Made by a program: the position numbers and the translations under genes | Part shown: positions 39,255 through 48,948 of the stretch, piece after piece | How the letters are laid out: the number at the start of each line of letters is the position of its first letter | How positions within the stretch are numbered: position 1 is the stretch's first letter | The notes under the pieces: generated by a model | Told to the model about the DNA's origin: nothing | The model's database searches: none | The model's input: the letters and a program-made list of their open reading frames with translations, nothing else | From: a virus | Lineage: Duplodnaviria > Caudoviricetes | Reading direction: 5' to 3' (one strand) | IMG/VR virus record: IMGVR_UViG_3300028624_000004 | Span: 32,001 to 96,000 of that record | DNA: 64,000 bases

Positions 39255-39878
39255 TTACTTCTTGTCTGCAATCTTGGTGAGCGTCACTTTGCCACCATCG
39301 TTACGGCTACCAACCATGTTTCCAGTCTCGTCAATGGTCATGGTGTGAACCCACCCATTCACACTCAGCAGAATCTTGTCGTCCTCAATCTTCCAAGTGC
39401 CTGGGCGACCACTGATATTACCCTTCTTGTCAAAGACGCATTCAACATTGGTCCAAAGCCACTTTCCTATAATCTTGGACGCCAAATCCTGCTTCTCACC
39501 AAGCAAATCCCCCGCAGGGTCGCTTTCCGCTCGCTTCACAATAACTTCCCCAACTGCCCCTTTCTTCACTTCAAGAATCTTTGCGTCAATCTCTTCAATC
39601 GCCTTCGCCCTTGCCGCAATGTCAAGATTCTTGAACTTCTTCATGTCGTTCAGGTCTTTCTTGGTCGCCTCAAGCCCCGCCAGAATCTTCTTATTAGCCA
39701 CTTCCAGCGCCTTGAGATACTGGGAATACGCCTTGTCGGCTTCCTTCACATTGGCTTCCAGCAACTTCTCGTAGAGCAACTCAGCGTCACTCTTCTTGGG
39801 TGGCTCGGGAGCGCCAGGAGGGTCGGCGGCAAAAGCGACCGACAGGGCGAGCATTGAGAGGGTCAGGGTCTTGAGCAT
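39255..39878 (-). CDS. Secreted/periplasmic host-like protein
   Basis: Sec signal peptide MLKTLTLSMLALSVAFA|A, coiled coil and a small beta domain (IIGKW.W..G.W.I). Visibly higher GC than its neighbours; AAGGA ribosome-binding site. Confidence 0.75.
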   Translation of the reverse strand: MLKTLTLSMLALSVAFAADPPGAPEPPKKSDAELLYEKLLEANVKEADKAYSQYLKALEVANKKILAGLEATKKDLNDMKKFKNLDIAARAKAIEEIDAKILEVKKGAVGEVIVKRAESDPAGDLLGEKQDLASKIIGKWLWTNVECVFDKKGNISGRPGTWKIEDDKILLSVNGWVHTMTIDETGNMVGSRNDGGKVTLTKIADKK

Positions 39879-40003
39879 GGGTATATCCTTTGTTCATGTC
39901 TTTACTATATCAGGCGGCTTATAGAAAGCAACAGGCTTCTTTCAAGCGCCTATAGGTGTATCACACACCTTGACTATTTATGAGTCACCGATAAATACTT
40001 TCC

Positions 40004-40168
40004 ATGTGGCTATGGAACCTTATAAAGAAATTATTCTCTCGTCAAGGAGAGATTAAGTCACCCCCGAGGCGTGAGGTTGGCATTGGGTCATTTTCTCACA
40101 AGATAATCTATAAAGACCCAAGAGTAAAAACCTATAAGACCGGCGATTGGCACGGACCCACTCGTTAA
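40004..40168 (+). CDS. Small 54-aa protein (below the ORF track cutoff)
   Basis: MWLWNLIKKLFSRQGEIKSPPRREVGIGSFSHKIIYKDPRVKTYKTGDWHGPTR; ATG is 6 nt after GATAAATA. Confidence 0.5.
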   Translation: MWLWNLIKKLFSRQGEIKSPPRREVGIGSFSHKIIYKDPRVKTYKTGDWHGPTR

Positions 40169-40212
40169 GTATTGATTTATTTTCCGTCTCCGTATAATGA
40201 AGGAGCAGGAGA

Positions 40213-41184
40213 ATGAATATGGAAATTAAAATCACACGGGAATATAACTACTCTGACGTTTACTTGGTTCCCAAAAAGTGTATAGTCGATAGTCGATCAG
40301 ATTGCGATACAAGTGTAGTATTTGGTGGAAGACGCTTTGAAGTCCCAGTTATGGCTGCCAATATGCCAGCCGTAGTTAATCAAGACACCTGTAAGTTTTT
40401 TGCTGAGAATAACTGGTTCTACTCAATGCACAGATTTGAGAATATAAACCAAGTGGCGTTTATAGACTTCATGCGTTCCAACGGACATTTTACAAGTATA
40501 TCACTTGGTGTTAATGATGATACCTATAAGCAACTTAAAGAGATTAAAGCAGCGGGACTTGATAAAGAACTTCATTATGCTACAGCAGACGTGGCGCATG
40601 CTCACTCCGATAAGATGGAAAGACTTATTAAGTATTTTAAAGACAACTTCCCAAATACATTCTTAATAGCGGGAAACTATAACACACCAGAAGCATGTAC
40701 ATTTTTGGAAAATGCAGGAGCAGACGCGACACGCTGCGGAATTGCGGGAGGAAAAAGTTGTATAACACGCTTTAAGACAAATTTTTATCGCCCCATGGTA
40801 TCATGTCTACTTGACTGTTGTGCAGTGGCAACCAAGCCAGTTTTAGCAGACGGGGGTATAGAACATCATGGAAATTTTGCGCTTGCTATAGCATGTGGGG
40901 CGACCATGGTTGTAGCAGGAAGTTTGTTCAGTGCTTACGATCAGTCAGCATCCAAGAAAATAGATGTTGATGGTGTTACGAAGTGCCTATACTATGGGAG
41001 TGCAAGTGAGCATAATAAAGCGTCATATACAAGAGTCGAAGGAAAGAAGGTTTTTATGGACTATAAGGGAGACATGAAGAACCTTCTTCGTGAGATAAAA
41101 GAAGACTTGCAATCTTCTATAAGTTATGCGGGTGGAAAGGATTTAAGTGCATTATCAAATTGTAAGATGGTTTCGGTTTCTTGA
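40213..41184 (+). CDS. guaC: GMP reductase
   Basis: YSDVYLVPKKCIVDSRSDCDTSV.FG, ANMP, MHRF, DVAHAHS, GIAGGKSCITR (catalytic Cys), ADGGI, YYGSASE, VEGKK and EDLQSSISYAGG. Confidence 0.93.
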   Translation: MNMEIKITREYNYSDVYLVPKKCIVDSRSDCDTSVVFGGRRFEVPVMAANMPAVVNQDTCKFFAENNWFYSMHRFENINQVAFIDFMRSNGHFTSISLGVNDDTYKQLKEIKAAGLDKELHYATADVAHAHSDKMERLIKYFKDNFPNTFLIAGNYNTPEACTFLENAGADATRCGIAGGKSCITRFKTNFYRPMVSCLLDCCAVATKPVLADGGIEHHGNFALAIACGATMVVAGSLFSAYDQSASKKIDVDGVTKCLYYGSASEHNKASYTRVEGKKVFMDYKGDMKNLLREIKEDLQSSISYAGGKDLSALSNCKMVSVS

Positions 41185-42371
41185 GGATCCCACACTTTAT
41201 ATGACTTCCCTTTCCTAAAATCCGATTCCCATATGTAAATTACTTTATATCCCATTTGGTATAGGGTATTTAATTTGTTTATGGTTTTTTGATATAGTTC
41301 TCCATGAGTTTTATGACATTTTTTGTTAAATGTCTCCGGTTTAAAAATTTCAGGATTACCGTGATAGTAATCTCCCATAAACTCATATATGGTTTTTGTT
41401 TCTTCTATTATTCCATCAACTCTATACGTTCTTCTTTTTCCTACTCTTATTTTAACTTGCCTATGATTTTCGTCGTTTGGTATATTCATTTTATTTAACC
41501 AGTCATTTTCTATAAAACTTACATATTTACTACATTTGGGGCATTTGTGTTTCTTTTTCAGATGATAATATGGAGTTCTTTTAAAGTCGCCATGTAATGG
41601 ACAAGTAATTATAATAGGAACGTCAACTCCGTTATACACCGCTTTATCGTAATTGTAAAAGTTGTCAAATGCAACACGACACTCGTCCATAACAGCTTTA
41701 CCATCTCCCAAAACTTTTAATCTTGCTCTTTCGGCTCCACATTTCTTACAACCATTTCCTTTTAAGTGTGTCTCTACTCTTATAGATATATCGCCGTGGA
41801 TTTTACAAGTTAATATTAATCTTTGTTTAATGTTTATTATTTCCGGTAAGTTATTATATAAAAACATATCATTGAATATACTCTTAGATAAGGTGATGAA
41901 ATCATCCCGTTTTAGATTTCTTTGAAGCGCATCCCTAACCGCCCCATAGCGACACTTTGGGCATAAATACCCCCTTGAATCTTTACATAAATCATATGGT
42001 GTCACGTGGAATTCCTTATTATGTTTTTTACATACTACGATTGATTTATCTCTTACATTTTTAAACACAAATTTTGATAAATCTACATTTTCTCTACCAT
42101 ATTTACGATATATCTTATCTTTAATTTCTTCTTCAGTATAATGCCATGTCTTGAGCATATTTTTATAACCAGCTTCTAGTCCACATTTTGGACATCCTAA
42201 TAAGCTTCGACTTTTTAGCTTATGAAAAGATATTTCTTGCTCCCCATGGGAGTTGCATATTATAACAATTTTTGTTTTTGCGTCTTTATATTCAAAATCA
42301 TCGCGCAATTTAATGTTTGGGAATTTATTTTCTATAAAATTTCTGACATATTGAGTACTAAGTCTTTTCAT
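41124..42371 (-). CDS. Putative homing endonuclease (DUF723-type CxxHG repeats plus Vsr-like nuclease domain)
   Basis: Repeated C..H(G)..F/I..GC/CPKC units; RVDG..IYEFMGDYYHGNP and GYKVIYIWESDF. Confidence 0.85.
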   Translation of the reverse strand: MKRLSTQYVRNFIENKFPNIKLRDDFEYKDAKTKIVIICNSHGEQEISFHKLKSRSLLGCPKCGLEAGYKNMLKTWHYTEEEIKDKIYRKYGRENVDLSKFVFKNVRDKSIVVCKKHNKEFHVTPYDLCKDSRGYLCPKCRYGAVRDALQRNLKRDDFITLSKSIFNDMFLYNNLPEIINIKQRLILTCKIHGDISIRVETHLKGNGCKKCGAERARLKVLGDGKAVMDECRVAFDNFYNYDKAVYNGVDVPIIITCPLHGDFKRTPYYHLKKKHKCPKCSKYVSFIENDWLNKMNIPNDENHRQVKIRVGKRRTYRVDGIIEETKTIYEFMGDYYHGNPEIFKPETFNKKCHKTHGELYQKTINKLNTLYQMGYKVIYIWESDFRKGKSYKVWDPQETETILQFDNALKSFPPA

Positions 42372-42377
42372 GTGTTG

Positions 42378-42557
42378 TTATTCCCCCCTTAAGCATCTTT
42401 CAACGCTGTCTTCGTCATAGTAAAATTTCTTAGGACCGAACTTGAAAGGCTTCAGTCTCCCGTCCCTTACCCACCCCTGTATTGTCCTTATATGTTTACC
42501 AAGTTTTTTAGCAAGTTCGCGAGTAGTGTAGTATTTCTTGTCATTTAATTCTAACAT
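42378..42557 (-). CDS. MerR/excisionase-type helix-turn-helix protein (59 aa; the true start is ATG 42557)
   Basis: MLELNDKKYYTTRELAKKLGKHIRTIQGWVRDGRLKP; AGGAG ribosome-binding site and TGTTATAAT upstream. Confidence 0.8.
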   Translation of the reverse strand: MLELNDKKYYTTRELAKKLGKHIRTIQGWVRDGRLKPFKFGPKKFYYDEDSVERCLRGE

Positions 42558-42653
42558 GTTATCTCCTATAAAGTATTTATACGCATTATAACATATTATT
42601 GACATATTTTTGTATGTATTTGGATTAATTATAAAATCAGTTATAATAAACCA

Positions 42654-43208
42654 ATGGACCAGACCTTCGAAGCATCTTACTGGGGCGACTGTACAAATAC
42701 CTTTGACGAGGAACAGAAGCATTATGTATATGCTCGCTTCATGGGTATTCCAATACAACACTACTCGTTTGACGCTCAAGGAGCATCTGTTCTTGACATT
42801 GGTGGCGGTCCAGTATCAATGCTACTCAAGACCAAGAATCTAAAAGCAGGAAGAGTATATGATCCTCTCCATTACCCGAAATGGACCATAGACCGCTACG
42901 CCATAAAAAACATTGATGTCGTTGTCAAGGGTGGCGAAGAAGTCGATGAAGTGGGTTGGGATGAGGTTTGGATATATAACTGCCTTCAGCACACATCCGA
43001 TCCTCATAAGATACTCTCCAATGCTCGTCGGGCTGCAAAGCTTATACGCATATTCGAGTGGGTCGATGTTCCTCCCCACGATGGACACCCACATGAGCTT
43101 AATAAAGAGTTTCTTGATAGTTGCCTTGGAGTCAATAACGGAAAGGTAACTCAACTGGCTGAATATGGCTGCTACGGCAAGGCTTATTCCAATATAATCA
43201 AAGTATAG
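42654..43208 (+). CDS. Class I SAM-dependent methyltransferase
   Basis: SVLDIGGGP, DEVWIYNCLQHTSDP and IRIFEW. Confidence 0.8.
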   Translation: MDQTFEASYWGDCTNTFDEEQKHYVYARFMGIPIQHYSFDAQGASVLDIGGGPVSMLLKTKNLKAGRVYDPLHYPKWTIDRYAIKNIDVVVKGGEEVDEVGWDEVWIYNCLQHTSDPHKILSNARRAAKLIRIFEWVDVPPHDGHPHELNKEFLDSCLGVNNGKVTQLAEYGCYGKAYSNIIKV

Positions 43209-43239
43209 GGGTGTATAAATAAAGCCATAGAGGCTTTAT

Positions 43240-44190
43240 ATGCGAAACCCTTATCTAGCGACTGAAGTTGTTGTTGGCAAGACAACCAATATTATAAAGT
43301 CTGATCCAGTTCAGGGACAGATGACATTTCAAGATAATGTCGTAACAACTCCTGTAACCCTTTCTGATCTTTTAGGTAGCGAGCAGGCTGAAAGCCACTT
43401 CAGAATGGAAGTTGCTGCTATAACTGGCGATCTTCAGCAACAAATAGACAACATTGATACAGATGTATCTAATCTTCAGACGCAAGTAGATGACATCATA
43501 GAATCTGGTGGTGCTATATCATCATATGTATCGACCGTAAATGATATATCTGGTGCCATAACCGTTGTTAATGGTAATGGAATAGAAGTAACAACATTAC
43601 CAAACGGTCAAATAACTATATCTCTTTATGAAGATATTAATATATCATCGTTTACTGGTGGAAGCTCAAATGAAATAGGGTCAACTGTAAACTCGGTCGA
43701 TCTTGAATGGACCATAAACAAAACAGAAACATCCCAAAGCATAAATCAAGGCATTGGAAGCTTAACTGTTGGAGTAAGAGACTATAACTACGCAACTCCA
43801 ATAACAACCAATACAACATTCACGATAACGGCTGGAGATGGTACGACTGTCGATACTGCTAACACCACGGTTGCCTTTTACCATCGTCGCTGGTGGGGCA
43901 CAAGCGCAAATACATCCTTGTCAAGCGCACAAATACTTGGGCTGGCTAATAACGAATTCGGTTCTTCGAGAAGTAAATCGTTTACGATAAACGGAAATAG
44001 TGAATATATCTATTATGCATATCCTGCTGCGTGGGGAACTGCGACATTCACTGTAAATGGACTGTTGAACACCGCATGGACTCTTGATGTGGTCAGTCAC
44101 ACAAACGCAAGTGGGCATGTAGAAAACTACAATGTGTATAGAACCAATACCACCCAGAGCGGCTCTGGAATATCTATTGCAGTATCTTAA
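43240..44190 (+). CDS. Virion fibre/decoration protein (C-terminal half paralogous to 61075..62202)
   Basis: Late promoter; LQQQID coiled coil; Thr/Ser-rich beta domain ending YIYYAYP..YNVYR. Confidence 0.6.
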   Translation: MRNPYLATEVVVGKTTNIIKSDPVQGQMTFQDNVVTTPVTLSDLLGSEQAESHFRMEVAAITGDLQQQIDNIDTDVSNLQTQVDDIIESGGAISSYVSTVNDISGAITVVNGNGIEVTTLPNGQITISLYEDINISSFTGGSSNEIGSTVNSVDLEWTINKTETSQSINQGIGSLTVGVRDYNYATPITTNTTFTITAGDGTTVDTANTTVAFYHRRWWGTSANTSLSSAQILGLANNEFGSSRSKSFTINGNSEYIYYAYPAAWGTATFTVNGLLNTAWTLDVVSHTNASGHVENYNVYRTNTTQSGSGISIAVS

Positions 44191-44202
44191 AGGATTTACA
44201 AC

Positions 44203-45681
44203 ATGGCAAATAACGAAGGCACACTGATAATCGCCCCAATAAGACCACAAGGTGTTGATGACGTGATACCAACAGCATACTCCAATGAGTTGTTCGGTGG
44301 CTGGCATCAGGTCGATACTGTTGTTGAAAGAGATGCTATTTTAGCCACGAGAAAAGTAGACGGAATGGCATGCTATGTTGTAGAGATGTCTGCCGCATAT
44401 ACATGGAATAATGGTGCATGGGGTTCATTTGCAACTGGCGGTGGAGTTGATGGGGCTACAGGGGCTACTGGATTGACTGGAGATACTGGAGCAACAGGAG
44501 CAACAGGAGCAACTGGGGAGACTGGAGACATAGGAGCCACTGGAGCAACGGGAGCAACTGGATTAACCGGAGCAACTGGAGCCACTGGAGCCACTGGTCC
44601 CGGTCTTTTAAATATTGACAGTACGGTTTCTGGAGGAACTCTTACTATTGATGCTGATTTAACTGATGATAGTACATTTGTTGTTTTGGATGGTGGTGGC
44701 ACAGCCGTCATGATTGATAATGTTTTGCCACTTGGACCTGCGCCTTTAGTATGGAATGATTCAACACAAAGAGCGGAAGTGACAGAATACATTTCTAATG
44801 TTATAGTATTAACATTAACACCATCAACGACACCTGAAACCGGCGAAGATGGTGCGATATTTTTTGATTCTAACACAGGAGAATTAAAATATTATGATGG
44901 ATTTGAATGGATAGTTGCCGCCAAAACACAATGTGCTAATATTCCAAGTGAGGATGGTGGACCATATGATGGAATGATTCAGCTTTCTACAGAAGGCGGA
45001 GATTTTGCAGTTGAAGATGGGTTGCGATGGGTTTCCACACAGTCCAAACTGGAAGTTCCGGGCAGCATAGAAGATGTTTCGTGGATAAAATGGTCAATTG
45101 ATGAAGGTGGGCTTGGTGGCGGGCAGGCAGGAACAATAGCTTTCAATTATAACGATAACAATAAACCATATTACCACGATGGCAATGATTGGATTTCCAT
45201 GGTGGCAGCAGGAAGTTTAACAATATCACATAATTCTACTGAAGTCAATGACGTAAATGAAATAGAATTCTCTGGTACTGGAATAAGCAGCGTTGTCGAT
45301 AATGGTGGTGGCAGTGTCACCATAACAATAGACGCCTCTGGATCGCAGGGAAGTTCCTTACCAGAAGTAGGAGTTGTTGATGTCACTGGTGATGCGTTCA
45401 TGCCAGATGGTCTTTTGACTTCTTACAACTATTATCTTACTGATAACGCAACCTTATCTTGCCCCGAAGCAACCATGCCAAATGGATCAACTATAACAGT
45501 TATCATAAATCAACCATCAACTGCTTATACAATGACATTTGATGATGCTAACGGATTCACATGGAAGTTCCCGAACGGCGATCCTATTACATTGACAAAC
45601 GAAGCAAATGCCGTAGATATTCTGTCAATTTTAAGAATTAACACCAACATGTATACAACAGTCATTAAGAAATTCGCATAG
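44203..45681 (+). CDS. Collagen-like (Gly-X-Thr) fibre protein
   Basis: About 17 GAT/GLT/GET triplets after an N-terminal domain shared with 62202; fibre-type C-terminal domain. Confidence 0.75.
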   Translation: MANNEGTLIIAPIRPQGVDDVIPTAYSNELFGGWHQVDTVVERDAILATRKVDGMACYVVEMSAAYTWNNGAWGSFATGGGVDGATGATGLTGDTGATGATGATGETGDIGATGATGATGLTGATGATGATGPGLLNIDSTVSGGTLTIDADLTDDSTFVVLDGGGTAVMIDNVLPLGPAPLVWNDSTQRAEVTEYISNVIVLTLTPSTTPETGEDGAIFFDSNTGELKYYDGFEWIVAAKTQCANIPSEDGGPYDGMIQLSTEGGDFAVEDGLRWVSTQSKLEVPGSIEDVSWIKWSIDEGGLGGGQAGTIAFNYNDNNKPYYHDGNDWISMVAAGSLTISHNSTEVNDVNEIEFSGTGISSVVDNGGGSVTITIDASGSQGSSLPEVGVVDVTGDAFMPDGLLTSYNYYLTDNATLSCPEATMPNGSTITVIINQPSTAYTMTFDDANGFTWKFPNGDPITLTNEANAVDILSILRINTNMYTTVIKKFA

Positions 45682-45692
45682 GAAGTAATTAC

Positions 45693-48512
45693 ATGAGCGG
45701 AAGTGGAAAACTAAATCTAAGCTACTGGAATTACTATCCTGATCTTGTGGTCTATAACGATCCTATATCAAAAACTATTACGAACATAGTCGAAGAAGCC
45801 GACACAAACGTAGGTGGGATTACGCGATCAGATCCTTATATCTTTTCAAGGGACTTTAGTGGATCAATAGATTTTACATCGGGGGAATCTTCTAATTCTT
45901 TGTATTGGATGCAATCAGAGAAGATGGATTTGTATTACTCTATTTCTCCTTATGTTTCAATAAGTGTATCTTCTAGCTATACTGGTATGGGGATTGCAAT
46001 CTCTGACAGTATCTCTGATTTAGAATCATTTATAGACGAAGTTAACAACATGGATCCTATGGATTACACGGATTCATTTCTTACTGACTCTTATAGTTTT
46101 TCTAACTTTAATGGGTATTATTCTAACAGTGGATCATTTTCTGGAGAGCCATCGCTGGGATATAGTAGTGGTAGATTCTATGTTTTGTTTTATGATTTAA
46201 ATAATTTCAATCAGTCATACTCTGGGTTTGGTGATTATTTTGATGTCTCATTTTCATTATCTGGGGAATTTGCCCATGAACGTAGTGTAGCGGCAAGTGA
46301 ATCTGATTGTGTATATACTTTATTTTCTTCGCAAAACTATACACCTGACTACACGCAGCAATCTTGTAGCTTCGGTGGCGTTCTATGTACAAAAAATATT
46401 ACTTACGACTACGATCCACATTTTAAAATAGATGCTTCCATTGATGATTTTTCTAACACTACATTTTCAGCATCGGAGATAGAAGTAAAACTAGTATATT
46501 TGGATGACGTTGGTCAATTCGATTATGCAACTACAATTGGTACTTATTCTGGTGGGCAGATAAACCAGTACTATGATGTGGGAACCGATTCATATATTAT
46601 CAGCTTATCATCAGTGATAAACATAAGTAAAGACCCCTACCAGATAGTGGCTAACATGAACCACATGATGGAGGCATTATATATACTAAAGGTAACAACA
46701 AATGTAGGTGTATTCACCAAACATCAAGTTGTCAATAGATATCCTGTTTTATATAAACATGTATTCCCAACTGGTTCTCCATATTTGAATACATTAAATC
46801 AAAAGATGTATGTTCCTTTGGAGAATGAAGATTTAAATAAAATTTATAATCCGGGTACAAAGATATACTATGGCGGCGGCTTCGCTAAATTTAACCCATC
46901 AACATATATCCCATCAGCAACAAATATCCCAATATCATATAGAACAACGAAGTCAAAAGAAACTAAAATTGCCTATTTGTATATAGATGGTTATAATAAT
47001 ATCCTTTCCTGCTCAAATGGAATATCAACGGGAGATATCTCTGGGGCTGTATTTTCAGTAACCCTCGACACATCCACTAATACATTTATTCCTATTTCAT
47101 ATTATAATCTCGGCAAAAATAGAATAGTATGTGATTATGTTACTGGTGGCGCTGGTCCAATATTAGATAAAGAACAATTTGGCGGCGATATTTATTATGT
47201 AAAGAAGAATTACTCTTCTTCTAGTGTGGATTATGATATCACTAAAGATGAGTCTGATAATAGCTGGTCAATATCAACAGGATGTCCAATGACATTTACG
47301 GATATTTCCGGTGGAGACAACTTCTATTGGCGCGAAGAATATCCAAGCTACTTCATCACAAAAGAAATAACCGGAGCATCTACAGAAACTTATACACAGG
47401 CTGAAAAGGAAGGATCTATCTCGGGATTATCTGATTATTCTCTTATATCAACGGATCCTAATGGTGTATCGCTTTATTCCGCCAATATTGACTTAAAGAT
47501 TGCGAACCTAGATCCATCTAATATGCTGACTCTTTCAGTTGAAAGACATGAGATATATAAAAATTTGGTTGACAATGAACCAGTTTATATGTTGAAAACC
47601 AAATTTAACCATCCATATGGACAGGTAAGGGGGAATGATTGGAATAATCCCGATACAGGAAGCATTAAAATTCACTATACGGATATTAGTTCAACGGTCG
47701 GAAGGATGATGGTAAGAAACAATTTTATTCCTAGCTACTCCACCCCTGATTATAATGCATATTTGTGGCACCCACTACACTCAAATAATACGACATTTAC
47801 AGCATCAGGAGTAGTAACGTTTTCATATGGAAATACACAATACAATCAACAAATATTTACAAAGCAGCATGTTTCAATACCCTTAAGAGATCCTCTAAAT
47901 GCAGTAGCTCAATTTTACTCGACAAATGACTTAAGATTCAAGGGCATGCGCGGTGGCATAGTTCCACAGACACTTGATTTAGACGAAAGCTTGCAGCCAT
48001 TCCTTTCTATTGATACAAGTGGATATGCAGAAATGGATTATGCACAACCATATTATGGAAGAACTGCTCCAACTTCTCTAATGTTGTTTGAAATTAATCC
48101 TACGAAATTTTTAGCTACACCCGTGGGATATTTTAAACTAGAAGCATTTGATAATACTACAGTAGTATCATCAACCAATCCACCAAACCCTGAAGATATA
48201 TTGGCTGTTTCGTTTGACCCAACGACGGACACAAAGTTCAAATTAACAGTTAAAGACACCGACTATCCTTACGGCTCTAATGAATTGATGTATTATCATA
48301 TTGCCACGCTATCCAATACACAAACTTACACAGCGACAAAAAGACACACAGAATTTAAATTAGATTTAACTTATGGGACAAATGCATTTAAGCGTGCTGT
48401 CCTTGGCATTGATTTTACTTATAACTCAGGAACGAAAGAATATACATCAAATATAAATGACTTGTATATTTTTGAAGTAGTGACTACATATCCACCAGAA
48501 ATAACTATATAA
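45693..48512 (+). CDS. Large Ser/Thr/Tyr-rich hypothetical virion protein
   Basis: 939-aa ORF co-transcribed with the collagen gene. Confidence 0.55.
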   Translation: MSGSGKLNLSYWNYYPDLVVYNDPISKTITNIVEEADTNVGGITRSDPYIFSRDFSGSIDFTSGESSNSLYWMQSEKMDLYYSISPYVSISVSSSYTGMGIAISDSISDLESFIDEVNNMDPMDYTDSFLTDSYSFSNFNGYYSNSGSFSGEPSLGYSSGRFYVLFYDLNNFNQSYSGFGDYFDVSFSLSGEFAHERSVAASESDCVYTLFSSQNYTPDYTQQSCSFGGVLCTKNITYDYDPHFKIDASIDDFSNTTFSASEIEVKLVYLDDVGQFDYATTIGTYSGGQINQYYDVGTDSYIISLSSVINISKDPYQIVANMNHMMEALYILKVTTNVGVFTKHQVVNRYPVLYKHVFPTGSPYLNTLNQKMYVPLENEDLNKIYNPGTKIYYGGGFAKFNPSTYIPSATNIPISYRTTKSKETKIAYLYIDGYNNILSCSNGISTGDISGAVFSVTLDTSTNTFIPISYYNLGKNRIVCDYVTGGAGPILDKEQFGGDIYYVKKNYSSSSVDYDITKDESDNSWSISTGCPMTFTDISGGDNFYWREEYPSYFITKEITGASTETYTQAEKEGSISGLSDYSLISTDPNGVSLYSANIDLKIANLDPSNMLTLSVERHEIYKNLVDNEPVYMLKTKFNHPYGQVRGNDWNNPDTGSIKIHYTDISSTVGRMMVRNNFIPSYSTPDYNAYLWHPLHSNNTTFTASGVVTFSYGNTQYNQQIFTKQHVSIPLRDPLNAVAQFYSTNDLRFKGMRGGIVPQTLDLDESLQPFLSIDTSGYAEMDYAQPYYGRTAPTSLMLFEINPTKFLATPVGYFKLEAFDNTTVVSSTNPPNPEDILAVSFDPTTDTKFKLTVKDTDYPYGSNELMYYHIATLSNTQTYTATKRHTEFKLDLTYGTNAFKRAVLGIDFTYNSGTKEYTSNINDLYIFEVVTTYPPEITI

Positions 48513-48540
48513 GGCTTTAATATACTGTAAGATACATTTT

Positions 48541-48909
48541 ATGAAACCCACAGACCCATTTAGAAAATCAATAAGGAATATCCTTAAAGAATCATTTGAG
48601 ACGATTAAAGAACTATTTACCATGAAAAATTTTTCATTGTTGCAGATTCAAGTTTTACGCATCATCGCCCAAAAATTGGGAGTGGGAAACTCTGCTAATG
48701 AAGTTAATCAATTTCTTATGTCAAAAACTGGAAAAGAGATAATGAGACATTATAGGGAAGTGCTTATAGATAGATATGGCGAAGATGGGGCTGGAATGCC
48801 ACATTCTGATGATACTGTTGATCCTGGCTTTAATCCAGCAAACCACAAGGAAAATTCAACATTGGCAAACTTCATCGCCAATGAAATAATCCAGAGGCTA
48901 GGCAAGTAA
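48541..48909 (+). CDS. Hypothetical protein, possible internal head protein
   Basis: N-terminal IRNILKE/S resembles a gp21 cleavage leader. Confidence 0.45.
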   Translation: MKPTDPFRKSIRNILKESFETIKELFTMKNFSLLQIQVLRIIAQKLGVGNSANEVNQFLMSKTGKEIMRHYREVLIDRYGEDGAGMPHSDDTVDPGFNPANHKENSTLANFIANEIIQRLGK

Positions 48910-48948
48910 ATATATAAATTTACTGATATAATATCTTCGAGGTATTAT

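Noticed and set aside
40000-40170. Possible purine-type riboswitch or ncRNA upstream of guaC (short hairpins TTCCAT/ATGGAA, TCTCTC/GAGAGA, TTGGGTC/GACCCAA)
   Set aside because: It matches no riboswitch consensus I recognise, a clean 54-aa ORF spans the interval, and a TATAAT for guaC lies downstream of it (40193). An Rfam scan would settle it.
42558-42779. N-terminal extension of the track ORF 42378..42779
   Set aside because: It overlaps the divergent methyltransferase gene and promoters; the SD and HTH domain indicate a start at 42557.
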